Shown piece after piece: positions 53,101-64,000 of a stretch of DNA of 64,000 bases. Source of the DNA: Phoronis australis. Lineage: Eukaryota > Animalia > Phoronida. Below the pieces are notes generated by a model, which saw only the letters and a program-made list of their open reading frames with translations, did not search any database and had not been told where the DNA came from. The first letter of the stretch is position 1, and each line of letters opens with the position of its first letter. The translations under genes and the position numbers were made by a program. Where the stretch lies: positions 703,536 to 767,535 of the forward strand of contig NMRA01000155.1 of the NCBI GenBank assembly GCA_002633005.1, given 5' to 3'.

Positions 53101-56100
53101 TGGATTTGTCTGTTCATCGGTGACAGCGAGACCAATTTACTTTCTAAAAATAAAGTATTCGTTTTCTAAGAGGGCCTGTGGGCGATACATGTGCATGGCG
53201 CATGTTTGTTTAGAACTGGGACACTTTAATAGAAATGCCCGCCCCGCCTCCCAAAGTCTAAATTAGTACTGGTGACCTTTAATCGATTATACCGCTAACT
53301 ATTGATTCAAAAGTATGCAGAATGGACAAAGAGTAAACAGGCAACACCTACTTTTTAAAAAAAATATAGATATAAAAGGGATAGCCGATAAACATGCGAA
53401 ACACTTGAGAGTGATTTTTTTAGAAAACGCAGTATTTTGGACTTTAAGAAACTCACTCATGATTTCCTCTACAAAGTAATTACACCAATTGTGTAATATA
53501 ACTCGCCAGTTGACTAATTGCCACACTACAGCTTGATGACGACAGCAACAAAAATTCAGCTGTCCGATAGATGTCAGTAGTGACGGAAATAGTAGAGCAG
53601 GAACCGAGTGCCCGATAAACTTATATAAACAACTCTGATTATGCTTCTAAAGTCGAACTTGGAAACTATTCACAATATAAGGCTCCAGTTAATGTAAAAC
53701 AATTGATATGCCATTGATAAGAGAAACCATAATATAACTGAACCATAATTTATAAAAAATATTAGCAGTATTATACCCGCCGGGTGCTTTCTGTCAAAAA
53801 CATGTTTTGGTATAAGCCACTTGCTTTTACAAAATTGGTGTTTATCTTGTTTCTTAGTCTGGATTAGAAATGTTTATGGGCTCGGAAAGAACAGACAGTT
53901 CGTTATTCCCTAATCATTCAAGCCAACTCAGTCAGGTCACGGCGCGACCTGAAATTTTATGAGCTTGGTCTGAATTTGAAGAAATAACGACTGAACTTCC
54001 AACGAGTTCCTTCGCATAGGCGGATTTAAGGGGGGGGGGGAAGCCCCCCCCTTGGCTGACGCAAGCAAAATGAAATAGCAGCAGCATGAAGCGTGAAGAA
54101 CAAGAGAACTCAGTAACTAGGACTGGTAGCGGATAGGGGGGGGGGCTCAGATCCCAGATCGCGGCAGAATCGTGTTCCCATTTTTTTCCACCGATAGATT
54201 TTCTGAACATCCTCGGCCTCGCAACTTTCGGGCCCCCTGTGCTTTGCCCAATTCCCTGATGCAACATGAAGGCCCCCTCCCCCCTTATGGTTTCTGTCAG
54301 GAACTACGTAAGTGTCGAGTTTACTCTTCAATACATGTACAGTACAACGTCAGTAGCTGATGCGGATTTAGAGGGGCGCCAAGGGGGCCATGTCCCCCCT
54401 AAAATTTTCCCAGATTCCATTTGGCAGTTCCGGAGTGCAACTGTGTGACGGACAAAATCTTGGCTAATACTCTGTCCTGCCCCCCCCCCCCAACTCAAAA
54501 TCCTGGATCCGCCCCCAAATAGTGACGCCGATGACTTTTTGAAAACAAAACTAGTATCTCAGCCATTTGACCAGTCAGGATTTAGTCTGCTGATGAAACA
54601 TAGGGGAGTAACATTTTGGGCGATACGGGATTTGGAATGTACATGTAGAACCCAGCCTTGGCTTCATGTCTGTGCCCAATAACAGGTCACATTCTGACAC
54701 TTCTAAAGCCTAGAAATCTTTTCTAACCCAAGTACGGAACAGCATGAGTCCGATTTTATTACATGAGGAAGTAACCTGATTCAAATGATGATATGATTTT
54801 CCGCCGTATAGCATATAGTTTTTCGTCCACTGACATTTTACATTTCTTAACAATACTCGACCTCGGATGATTTCAAAGCTCCATGACCAGTGATGTAATG
54901 CAATATCGAAATTATTTCACCCAGTGAACAGGCATGCAAACTTAATAGTGACTTGAGACTTTTCCTTACATCCGGAGCCCCCAGGCTCACCTCGTTAACT
55001 TTTTTGGTTAATCTTCCATTGTTTTAGTGTAGTAAATGTATGCTTATGTTTTGTACTTTTAGCCGCCAGACCAGTCGGTGCATGGGCTCTCGATGAAACA
55101 AACGAAGTTTCTGACTTGTCAGGCAACTGCAACCACGGCGCCGCCTATGGGACGACGTACGACCTCGGACCAACGGGAGAAGCCAACGGAGCCACATGGT
55201 TCAGCGGCAACTCAAGTGCGTTCGTGGAAATTCCAAACAACGGAAAACTCGAAGTATGTCCTCGAGGCTTCTTTTGAAAACCATTTAAGTATCCATAAGG
55301 GTAAACATGACCATCAGCATGTCATTGAAAGCTTCATCGCCAATCGCTATCATCCGAGCCCACATTGGTAAAGTAATGCTCTGTTTTGCTTACGTAACAG
55401 CCCAGGGATGCTTTTGCTAGTAACATTCAGTCACGATTTGAGTGTTTTTCACAGAAACAGTATTATTTGTCCAATTTTGTTCAAAGGCTGATTTTGGGTT
55501 GGGGTACGTCGTTTCACCACGGTGGGTGCGGGGTCGAATAAACGGGCATCCCCTTGCAGCAATCACGTTTTATGAAAGGCATGTGCAATGCAATGCAATG
55601 CAATGCAATGCAATGCAATGCAATGCAATGCAAACTTTCGTGGTTGAATCAGTAATGTCATTCCAGTTGAAACAATGGCTTTATGCTGTTCTCAGGTGCG
55701 CAGTTTTACCTTCATGACTTGGATAAAACAGGTATCTGAGGGAGACAGCGGCACTAGAGGACCTTACTTTGAGTACAACCGCAGCGCCAGCGCTAATACC
55801 ACTATAACACAGTACGGGACAAATATCTGGCGATATTATGATACAGGATTCTTTATCGAATTGTTCGATGAACAGGGTAGCGTCATTGGAGAAATGAAGT
55901 CTTCGCCGACTCCGTCCAAACCACTTCCGATGGATCGTTGGTTTTTGTTATCAGTGACTTATGACAGCAAGACAGGTAAACATAATAGCTGGCATGAAAT
56001 AAAAGTGGTTTCAGCCGGGTGTTTTTGACATCGTGTTACAATGAGCAGTGGCAGCCTTTTTGTCACCTTGTTTGAATGTATAGATGAAGTACTGGGCAGT

Positions 56101-59100
56101 TCGTTACATTACACAAGAGTAATCACTACAAGCCTGCTCGAACCCGCAATGTTCACAAAATCTACCCGGTGCTCACTGTCAGAGTATGAAAGTATGGTCA
56201 ATCATGAATTGAGTGATTCAACAGAGTGGTGAAATTGCTTTGATTCTAACTATGCCAATTGAGCCATAGTAGAATTTGTAACAAGTTCTTGACACTAAAT
56301 ATTTCTCTGTTAAGTTACATAGTAAGTGGTATGTACATATTGCACTCAACATTTGTACATTATTGCATGTTTTTGAACTTAAAATTTTTTTTTGCTATTT
56401 AGAAAATCATGCAATAGAATAAACAGCGTTACTGTCAATCGGACCAAAGCTCAGCCAATGAAAAGACTCGTAACAAAACCCATGCGCTTTCATTACCACA
56501 TTCTAGACCACACGTAGAGACCGGACGGTTCCGTCCTATCATGGTTCATGACTGATCATAAAAAGGTGATGTAAGTTACAACAAGGCCTGGTCCTAACAT
56601 CAAGGGTGCAGATTGGTTCCATCATGGCTACCGTCTTTAACACTTAATTCCACGTTGATGATTGCTCGCGGTAACGGCCTTAAGCTCACTCCGTGTGTTA
56701 GTCTATTCAGGACGCTCCCGGGCGCTGGTTCCCGTCCTACGTGCCTAGCCAGCACGCAGGTATCACGCAGTCGCACGCGCTTTAGCATTGATTGGTGTAA
56801 CCTTGGCAGTCATTGGTTAGCTTTTCAACAACGTGAAAAAATGGCGGACTATGAACGTTTTTTAGCCTCAAGTGGCGCAGCAAATATATTTCGTTTCTCC
56901 AGTAATTTTTAATAGCCCGGTGCGTGCTTGAGCCACATCTGGCCCATTTAACCGGTGTGTTATTCACACTGTATCAATACAGGACATTATCGTAAAGAAA
57001 AGTCATCGACAGTAAAAAATGCACTCCGAAAAGGTGCAATCACAATTTCTGGGATTCAGATTTCCTGAACACAAATTTTAAGCACCGATTTGTCTGTACA
57101 ACGGACAACATTTACACAAGCTCCATCAGTCATGTCAGTTTGTTTGCGTAAAGCGCTGCTTGTTGAGAATTCGACCAGCCAATCAGAAACGCAGGTGTAA
57201 AAAATTTCCTGAGGAAAATTACGGGATACCTGCGTGCTGGCTACCGACCACCTAGCGGCACACAGGAACCAGCGAAGTCAGGACGTCACCTGTGGACACG
57301 TCATGTGACCTAATCAATATACATGTAGGTAAGAACAGACTTCATACCAAACCGGGATTCCAGCCCGGGACCTTCTCTGTGGTGTTTTTTAAAAGAAACG
57401 ACACCTATCAGGCTAGACAATTCACATGCATAGAACATCATGGATTGAACATAAAAACCTCTAAAAATATGTCATTGAATTTTTTACGCAAAAATGTATC
57501 ATATTCACTACACCATATCTTATATGTCAATTGTCATTTTGTGTTTGATTTTACTTAATTTCTGTTTTTGTTGACAAAGGAAGTTATTACATCCGAAAAT
57601 TTCAAATTTCAGTTGATCCATTCTTGTTGTTTTATTTACCTATTTATATTCTACATTTCATGAAACAATAGTATCCTTGGGAGGATCTGGATTGCCTTAT
57701 TTAGTTTCAGATATATTTTCTACGTTAAATGAAGTACAAATGCAAATAGCACCGGTTATTTACATTTAACTTACTGTCATTTAACTAAATGGACAACTGT
57801 TCACAAATTGAAAAGTTGCATTAAATTTACAAATGGTTCACAATACTAAGATATGAATTCAATGGTGTTTGAATTTGTACTTGGGAACACAATGATTTCC
57901 ATGCAGCACGTGTGTGCTGGTTGAAGTGAAGGATTTAACTAGAACATTAGCTAAGTGTTTTTTGCATTTTTGTTGTAAATAATTCCACTGAAAATGTTTG
58001 TTTTGAATGACTTAGTAACAATCCATGTCGTTACCAAGACTAGTGGACGAACACCCAAAAGCGCTGCACTTAACTTACACAGTAGGTAAATTTCAAGATT
58101 TCCGCACAAAGACTATATGCTCACTTATGACTTGGTACTTGAGTTAACGCACTACGTTGTCTGCTCAGTCATGAAACTGAAGACATCTTTTACCAAAAGC
58201 AGCGCGAAAACGAAACATCATGTACTTTTGTATGGAACCTCATTTCTCGTGATAGGTAATTTGTCCTTATACAACAATCGGAGTTTAATCATGGCAAAAT
58301 CACTGAAAGAAACTCGAGACAAAGCGCATTATACAAAGTCGAACGTGCGGATCGGGAAAAGTTTCCGAGAGGACAAGCAAAGCAGAGTTTTCAAGGCTTC
58401 GATGTACTGCGTTCAACTTTATGACACAACCCTTTCTGTTGACGAAATACTAGAACAAGCTAACTTCTGTAAGAAAGGTAACTATCAGATTAATAAATTA
58501 AAATTGCTTTGAACCTACAGATTAATAAATAAATACTGCCGGTTGTCAAAAAAACAGATCCTGCAGTGGTTAATGATCTTGATTTGTTCACAAGAACTTG
58601 GCTAGAGCTGACAACTCGGTCATTGCTATGAACCCGAGGGTCATTTTTGATTCATGTTTGTGGCAACGCTATTATTTATTGTTTTAATAAGCATGGGTGC
58701 ACCCAGGGGGGCTCGAAGGAGCCCCCCCTAATTTGGCGAACTGGGCAAAAAGGTCACCCTCAATGAAACAAAAAGTCCGAGCAAACGAGACCAAAGTCCA
58801 CAAAGCCCATAGAAATTCTTCACGGATGCACAATTCGTACAGTAGGCCTGAACCTAGTGACCCCGTTTTTTTTTTGTCCTCTTGATTTTCCTCAGTAAAA
58901 AGTCCGCGTACCGAGAAATTCGAGCTCCCCTATATTTTAGTCTGGGTGCACGCATGATAAGAAACTTCCACACACAGTCGAAAATTTTCAAATTGAACAA
59001 TCTGTTGTTTAAAATACAACATAAAACTCATATGTTTTATAAATTAATTGATGACATAAACAACGCTCCTTGCAAGGTTTTTTGGGCAAATTCTGTGGAA

Positions 59101-59671
59101 CTCTCTTCTGTTCTACAGTTTCACACAATCAAGCTATAGATGACAATCGTCTGACCGTCACTGGGTTTCTCAAAGAGGATTTCAATCTCTTCGAGTATTC
59201 ACTGGGGATTTTTTTGGAAAAATATAATTTTCCTACAACGACGCACGTGCTTATTTGTATATGTGGTAGCTACGTGCCCCTGCGCTCGTACTCTCATAGA
59301 CCTACCTGTTGCTGACTATTACTGTTTGAATGATGCGTGTCGTTATTTTGACAGTTTCTCAATGCCAACCGAAACTGAAGCTGGAGAAGTTCAACTATCT
59401 CAGGAAAATGAACTCATGTCTGAAAGAACGCCATTTGCGCAACAGGTACATCGCGAGTTCTCTTAGTCATTGTGCCATGTTATGCTCACAAGAGTCCTAT
59501 CCACCGTGCCTCACGTTCAACTACGTGTCACCAGAGAGAGCGTGTGAAACCAGTATTATGCCTGCCAATCAACTGCAAGATCATGACTTTGAGACTAGGA
59601 ATGCCTGTCGGGCATATCAACTCTGGGATGGTTCAGATACCTGCCACTCACATTATGTACAGTGTCCTTAA
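50193..59671 (+). CDS. Secreted LamG/concanavalin-A-like jellyroll + PAN/apple domain protein (5 exons, 364 aa)
   Basis: Exons 50193-50277 (MTLFTLGWIFNVVLSVVLILSCIPYWCK, signal-peptide-like, donor gtaagc), 55063-55253 (RPVGAWALD..DLSGNCNHG..FSGNSSAFVEIPN), 55696-55975 (SFTFMTWI..WFLLSVTYD), 58256-58477 (VRIG..F.ASMYCVQLYDTTLSVDEI), 59355-59671 (CAMLCSQ..CLTFNY..CE) sum to 1095 nt in frame. The linkage of exon 1 is the least certain part. Confidence 0.75.
51627..51907. mobile_element. 5-bp TSD hAT-like element, copy 3
   Basis: catgcacgcaccca..gcgcgcatg; flanks GTAAG/GTAAC. Confidence 0.7.
54015..54515. mobile_element. Cluster of short hAT-like G/C-tract elements (gcggattta..ggatccgcc type)
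   Basis: cataggcggatttaaggggg at 54015 and gcggatttagagggg..cctggatccgcccc at 54362-54515. Similar ends occur at 18824, 36094-36280, 63322 and 63927. Confidence 0.5.
55584..55633. repeat. (TGCAA)n pentanucleotide microsatellite, ~10 units
   Basis: Read directly from the sequence. Confidence 0.95.
56746..57243. mobile_element. MITE with perfect 19-bp TIRs
   Basis: tagccagcacgcaggtatc (56746-56764) and gatacctgcgtgctggcta (57225-57243). Confidence 0.8.
58692..58956. mobile_element. 5-bp TSD hAT-like element, copy 4
   Basis: catgggtgcaccca..tgggtgcacgcatg; ATAAG duplicated at 58687-58691 and 58957-58961. Confidence 0.78.
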
Positions 59672-61549
59672 AGGCCGCATTTTGCAAACATGGACCGATT
59701 CCATTGGAATGTGACAATAAATGGGCGGGAGGTTTTGGGGTGACATTTTTCTTTTGGTGTTGGCGTTGCAATATATTTTTAAAAAGCCGTATTTTCTTTT
59801 AAACCAATGCCGAATCAGCAATGCAATCAATGAAAATATTCTAGAGATGTGTACGTGTTTTTTTTAAATTTATACAATACGATGGTATGTGAAATAAAAG
59901 TCGTCAGATCAATCCCACCCCAGAAAACGGTCTAAGCAGTGGTTGTATACTGAGCTTCTGATGGTCTACGTTGGTTATGCTAACGGGCGACTAGAATGAG
60001 GGAAGATCAATAAATTCTTGAAATACTGTAGTTCAGGCTTGTTTAGTGAATGTCAAGTTGTCCGACGTGAAATAGAATCAACGATTAGAATTACTGAGCT
60101 AATTTCAAAACTTGCCTGTAAATATTTACTCTAGTATAGTACATTTAAACAAGACGGAGATTATTTACTGACAATTTATTGAACAACTTCCTTAACTATG
60201 GAAACATGCATGTGTTAGTAAAAGAATATGTGTTATCTATCTGTACGCTTTCAGTTCAAATACACTTGTTACTTTTTAGTAAACATTAAAAACAGAGTGA
60301 ATAAAGTGCTTGTCAAAAATTCAAATGAAAATGTGTTTCAATGAGGGAATAGTAGCAGCTAATTCCACGCCAAATTAAATACTTTACATGTATGCTGACC
60401 ATTTCTTGGCTCAGTTATGCTGTCCATTAGCTCGATAAAGGAATTGCCAGCATTCCTAGATTTATACAAAAAAGCAATATTGACATTTCCAAATGCTACC
60501 ACTATCGATCGTTGTTACTTTTATGTCTCATACATTCGGATTAGCTGGGGCCACTTCCATAGACGGCAATTACCTGGAAATTTCTTATCAGAAACAATAA
60601 GGCCTTTCGATTATCGTTGCGACACGTTTGAGAGGCTTTTTACAATAAATACAATACGAAACAAAAATAGTCAGACAAGATATCGTTTCCCTGTCGTGCT
60701 CGTTAATTCTAGGAACACCAAAATTCTAACTGCAGAATGGTTGAGTCATCTTATTAACGTTTTTGTTAATTTCCCGTAACTCACCTCACGAGCGAAGACT
60801 CCGCTGTCGATGAATTCTGTTTGCCAGCCGTCATGACGGTGAATTCTGGGTCATTCTGTTTGCCAGCCGTCACGATGGTGAATTCTGGGTCGTTTTGTTC
60901 GAATACGGTTGGCTTGAACTGTGGGTTTTAATTCATAACAATTTCCGTGCGTTTAATACTGATATGTTTTGATCCGCCGAGTTGAGAAACTAATCTGCAA
61001 ACACCATTATTGCATCGTGTTCGTACAAGTAGTTACTTAGAGAATATGGCCGACTGAAACATGTTTCGAGTTTTTACAGACTAACACACAGATAACAGAG
61101 ACCACTGACAGGAAATATGAAAAACAAAACATGAGATATAGACAAACCGATATGTAGGAAAAGTGCACTTTTTCTTGGGTTAGCATTTATAAATTTGATT
61201 TATTTCAAACATGATCTCGCCTGCAGCTCACATGTAGGTTTTTCCTCACACATCAGGTGGCGTTAGTTGGTTTGTTGGGGCGTGTTTTGGTTTTTTGGGA
61301 CGCTTTTCCTTCCCCTGGATACAAAAATACGTACGACGTACATCATTGGCATCCGTGAGTGATTGCCACATATCACTGCTTGTCTTAAAGAATTGTATGG
61401 CTGTGTACATATAGACCTACGCGATTCTGCGCGTACGCGTAAGTGATGGAAGATATTGCCAAGCCCAAACTTCGATGAAGGACTCTCCCTTCAGATGGCG
61501 TGGATGTTTCAGGGTTGTGTCGGAAATGCGTTCGGTATTCATGGTAAGA

Positions 61550-62459
61550 ATTACACCTTGCACCTTCTAAATAGCTCCAATACAAGTCCACAATAAACTT
61601 AGGCTCACCGATCTGTTCATTAATTGGCAGATGACGAACTGTCCTCTTCACTGGGTGTCGAACTGGGCCTGTATTCACTTTCACTACTCAACATCGCTGC
61701 AGGGCTGCTTACAGGCTCTGGGCTGGAGACAACAGCACAGGGCGAATCACTGTTAGTTACCGTAATTGCACGCAATGTGGTACGTTTGGAGGCACGGGTG
61801 ACAGTAGACGAAGTGCCTCCAGTCACTGTATATAGTGGACACAGCTCGCGAGGCTTCTCGCTTCAAAAACGCACTTCTCGGGATTGGCAACGGGGCACTG
61901 CCGGGAATCAATAGCGACGGTATGGTACCCTTCTTCAGGCGTTGTTTCGCAGGGACCTTCACAATTCAGCGTACATATCTCTGTCGTAATCTGCCGACAG
62001 AAAATGCTTGCCACACACTCGGTAACCCTCCACTAATTTGTACGTTGCGTGGACGGGTAGCGCTGCGTTCTTCACATGAACGAGCTAGCCAAGTACGGCG
62101 AAGTGTGTCAACCTTCGGAAAGCGACGCAAGGTACCCAAAGCGCGTGTGAGACGATAATGAGTACATCTCGGCACGCAGCAACAGCGTGGCATGTTGACT
62201 GACTTGTAAACAAAAGCAAACAACTACCAAACATATCACAACCGAGGTAGAACAATGACTAACTCGACAGTTCTCACAGTCAGACTATAATGAAAGGAAA
62301 TTGGCGCGAAACTCTTGCCTCCCAAAACGTCACTTCCGGAGTAGAGGATGAGAAATTAATGAAATTACAAAAAGCTGTAATTAAGTGAAAAATGTGTCTG
62401 GGATAATCAACGAACCTTATTTTTGCTAAAAGTGACATGAAAAAAGGTTGCCTTCGCCT
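61550..62459 (-). mobile_element. Truncated THAP-encoding DNA transposon (Kolobok-like), 5' end
   Basis: Terminus gttgccttcgcct followed by TTAA at 62460-62463. The left limit is set only by homology to the 34.5-kb copy; no second TIR was found. Confidence 0.75.
61900..62193 (-). pseudogene. Frameshifted THAP zinc-finger domain
   Basis: MPRCCCVPRC..RRFPKVDTLRRTW, then after a frameshift YRVCGKHFLSADY, then after a second shift RLKKGTIPSL. Together these give the C2CH ligands, conserved P/W/F and an AVPT-like box of THAP. Confidence 0.8.
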
Positions 62460-64000
62460 TTAATAACCCCTGCCGTGACTGGTACCAGGCGTGAAATCAC
62501 TTTTGTTATGCAATTCGCTAACGGGTACATTTATGAACAACAATATGAAAACTTAGGTAATTTTATTTGCTCTGCACACTTTAACACTCTTTTTATTTGT
62601 CGTAAAGCCCCTCATTTACTATTTGTACGCGACAGGCTTTCTATAAAGTTTCTGCGCCAAGTCTCGCAAAAACATTGCAAGTACAAAGTAGTCATGATTA
62701 TGTGAAATACCTCAGTTAAAAGCAATGGCTGATAACTATATTAGAACAAACTTCTGAAAATAGTGGTAACATTTTGTTAATAGAATTCGCGTTTCAAGTT
62801 GGCATGCATCTAGTACTTGCTATTCGTCGACGATAAAAAATCGAAATATCCTTCACTCAAATTATAAGTCTTAATTCAAATAATCACAATTCTCTTGTTA
62901 AATCATTCTTACATTTCAAAAATTGAAAATGTTAAAACAATCATGAAGCTCTACCATATTTCTGTGTCTCGTATTACGTGTATTTGTAAAAAATAAGCGA
63001 TGAAAGTTGGCTGGTCTAGAAGCACGCGCCATCTGTCGGTTCGGGCTTTGCCGTTTCCACGTGTTTCCAGAAGGTCGTCTCTTCACAGAAATTATTACTG
63101 TCACCGCAGTCCATCAGATGCTGACTCTCTGCTTCCACGTCTGCCGGTTCAGAAAAAGGCACTCGACACTCATCGAAACCTAAATAAAAGTTGTATACCT
63201 GATCTTTCATATAACGCTTAACCTGAAAAGGGCGCCTTAGTTATCCTTTCAGCTTTCCTACCTTAATGTATCTTTTCTTACCACGGGACCCCGTCTCTCT
63301 CTCAGAGGGGAAGTTTCGGTGCAGAGGCGGATTTAGGGGGGCCCAGGGCCCCCCCCCNGAGTGTAGGGAAATGTTGAGTTTATTAATTAACCCCGGTAAT
63401 TAAAATTATACGGATGAAAAAAGATTTAACTGTGTGCAGTTGGGGGGCGCTCAAATCCAATTTCAAGTGTCAAATTCGGAACACGGCGCATTCGTAACGG
63501 TATAGGCTCTCCCGCGATATCTCAGGCGACCGGCAGTGGCGCTGCGCACTACGACTCCTTTTCCGTCGTCTGCTCCACTGTACAATGAAGGAAATTTACT
63601 TCATTTTTTAAAGAAAATGGAACCTGAGTGAGGATGTAAAAACAGAAGCTGCTGGTAAGATGTGAATTTTAATTGAAGCCTTAGTCAATCACTCAGAAAC
63701 TCGCAATACTCTCTTTGCCAAACCTTATCTTAAGACGATTTACAAAGCAATCCCGTCATTATTGCCAACACGAAAAACGGATTTGGTCTTTTGGGCATTT
63801 GAAGACTATTTTAAATACGACAAATTTGTTAAGTTAGAATTGATGGAACAAAATATAAAACGTGTAATAAGCCTTACAAAAAGAAGTAGGTTTCGCGCGC
63901 AAACGCTGTGGACCATTAACAAGTAGCAGTGGCGGATCTACGTTTTCAGAAAGGGGGGGTTAGGATTCCTGCAAAGATCGAATCCTAGGCGCGTGGCGCC

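Noticed and set aside
57330-57420. tRNA-like segment on the minus strand
   Set aside because: Too degenerate for a cloverleaf; at best an old SINE head.

Overview
AT-rich, intron-containing animal genomic DNA, probably from a marine invertebrate (taxon not determinable here). I could reconstruct seven protein-coding genes exon by exon from GT-AG boundaries and reading phase: CFAP210/CCDC173 (-, 5' part, runs off the left edge), a PHOSPHO2-like HAD phosphatase (+), PHGDH (-, 11 exons), alpha-tubulin (+, 3 exons), a DUF4773-domain protein (+, 4 exons), a nicotinic acetylcholine receptor subunit that is alpha-like but lacks the loop-C vicinal cysteines (-, 6 exons), and a secreted LamG/ConA-like + PAN/apple protein (+, 5 exons; its signal-peptide exon is missed by the ORF track). 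Six of the seven genes form three head-to-head pairs. The main leads are (i) the nAChR subunit and the secreted LamG-PAN gene, whose start codons lie only ~327 bp apart around one TATA-like element, (ii) a CFAP210<->PHOSPHO2 divergent pair that I recall also exists in human, and (iii) a TTAA-flanked, THAP-encoding (Kolobok-like) transposon family that includes a double-headed foldback copy. Introns and spacers hold many palindromic MITEs, including a four-copy family with 5-bp TSDs, plus minisatellites. All family assignments come from recalled motifs, not database searches.
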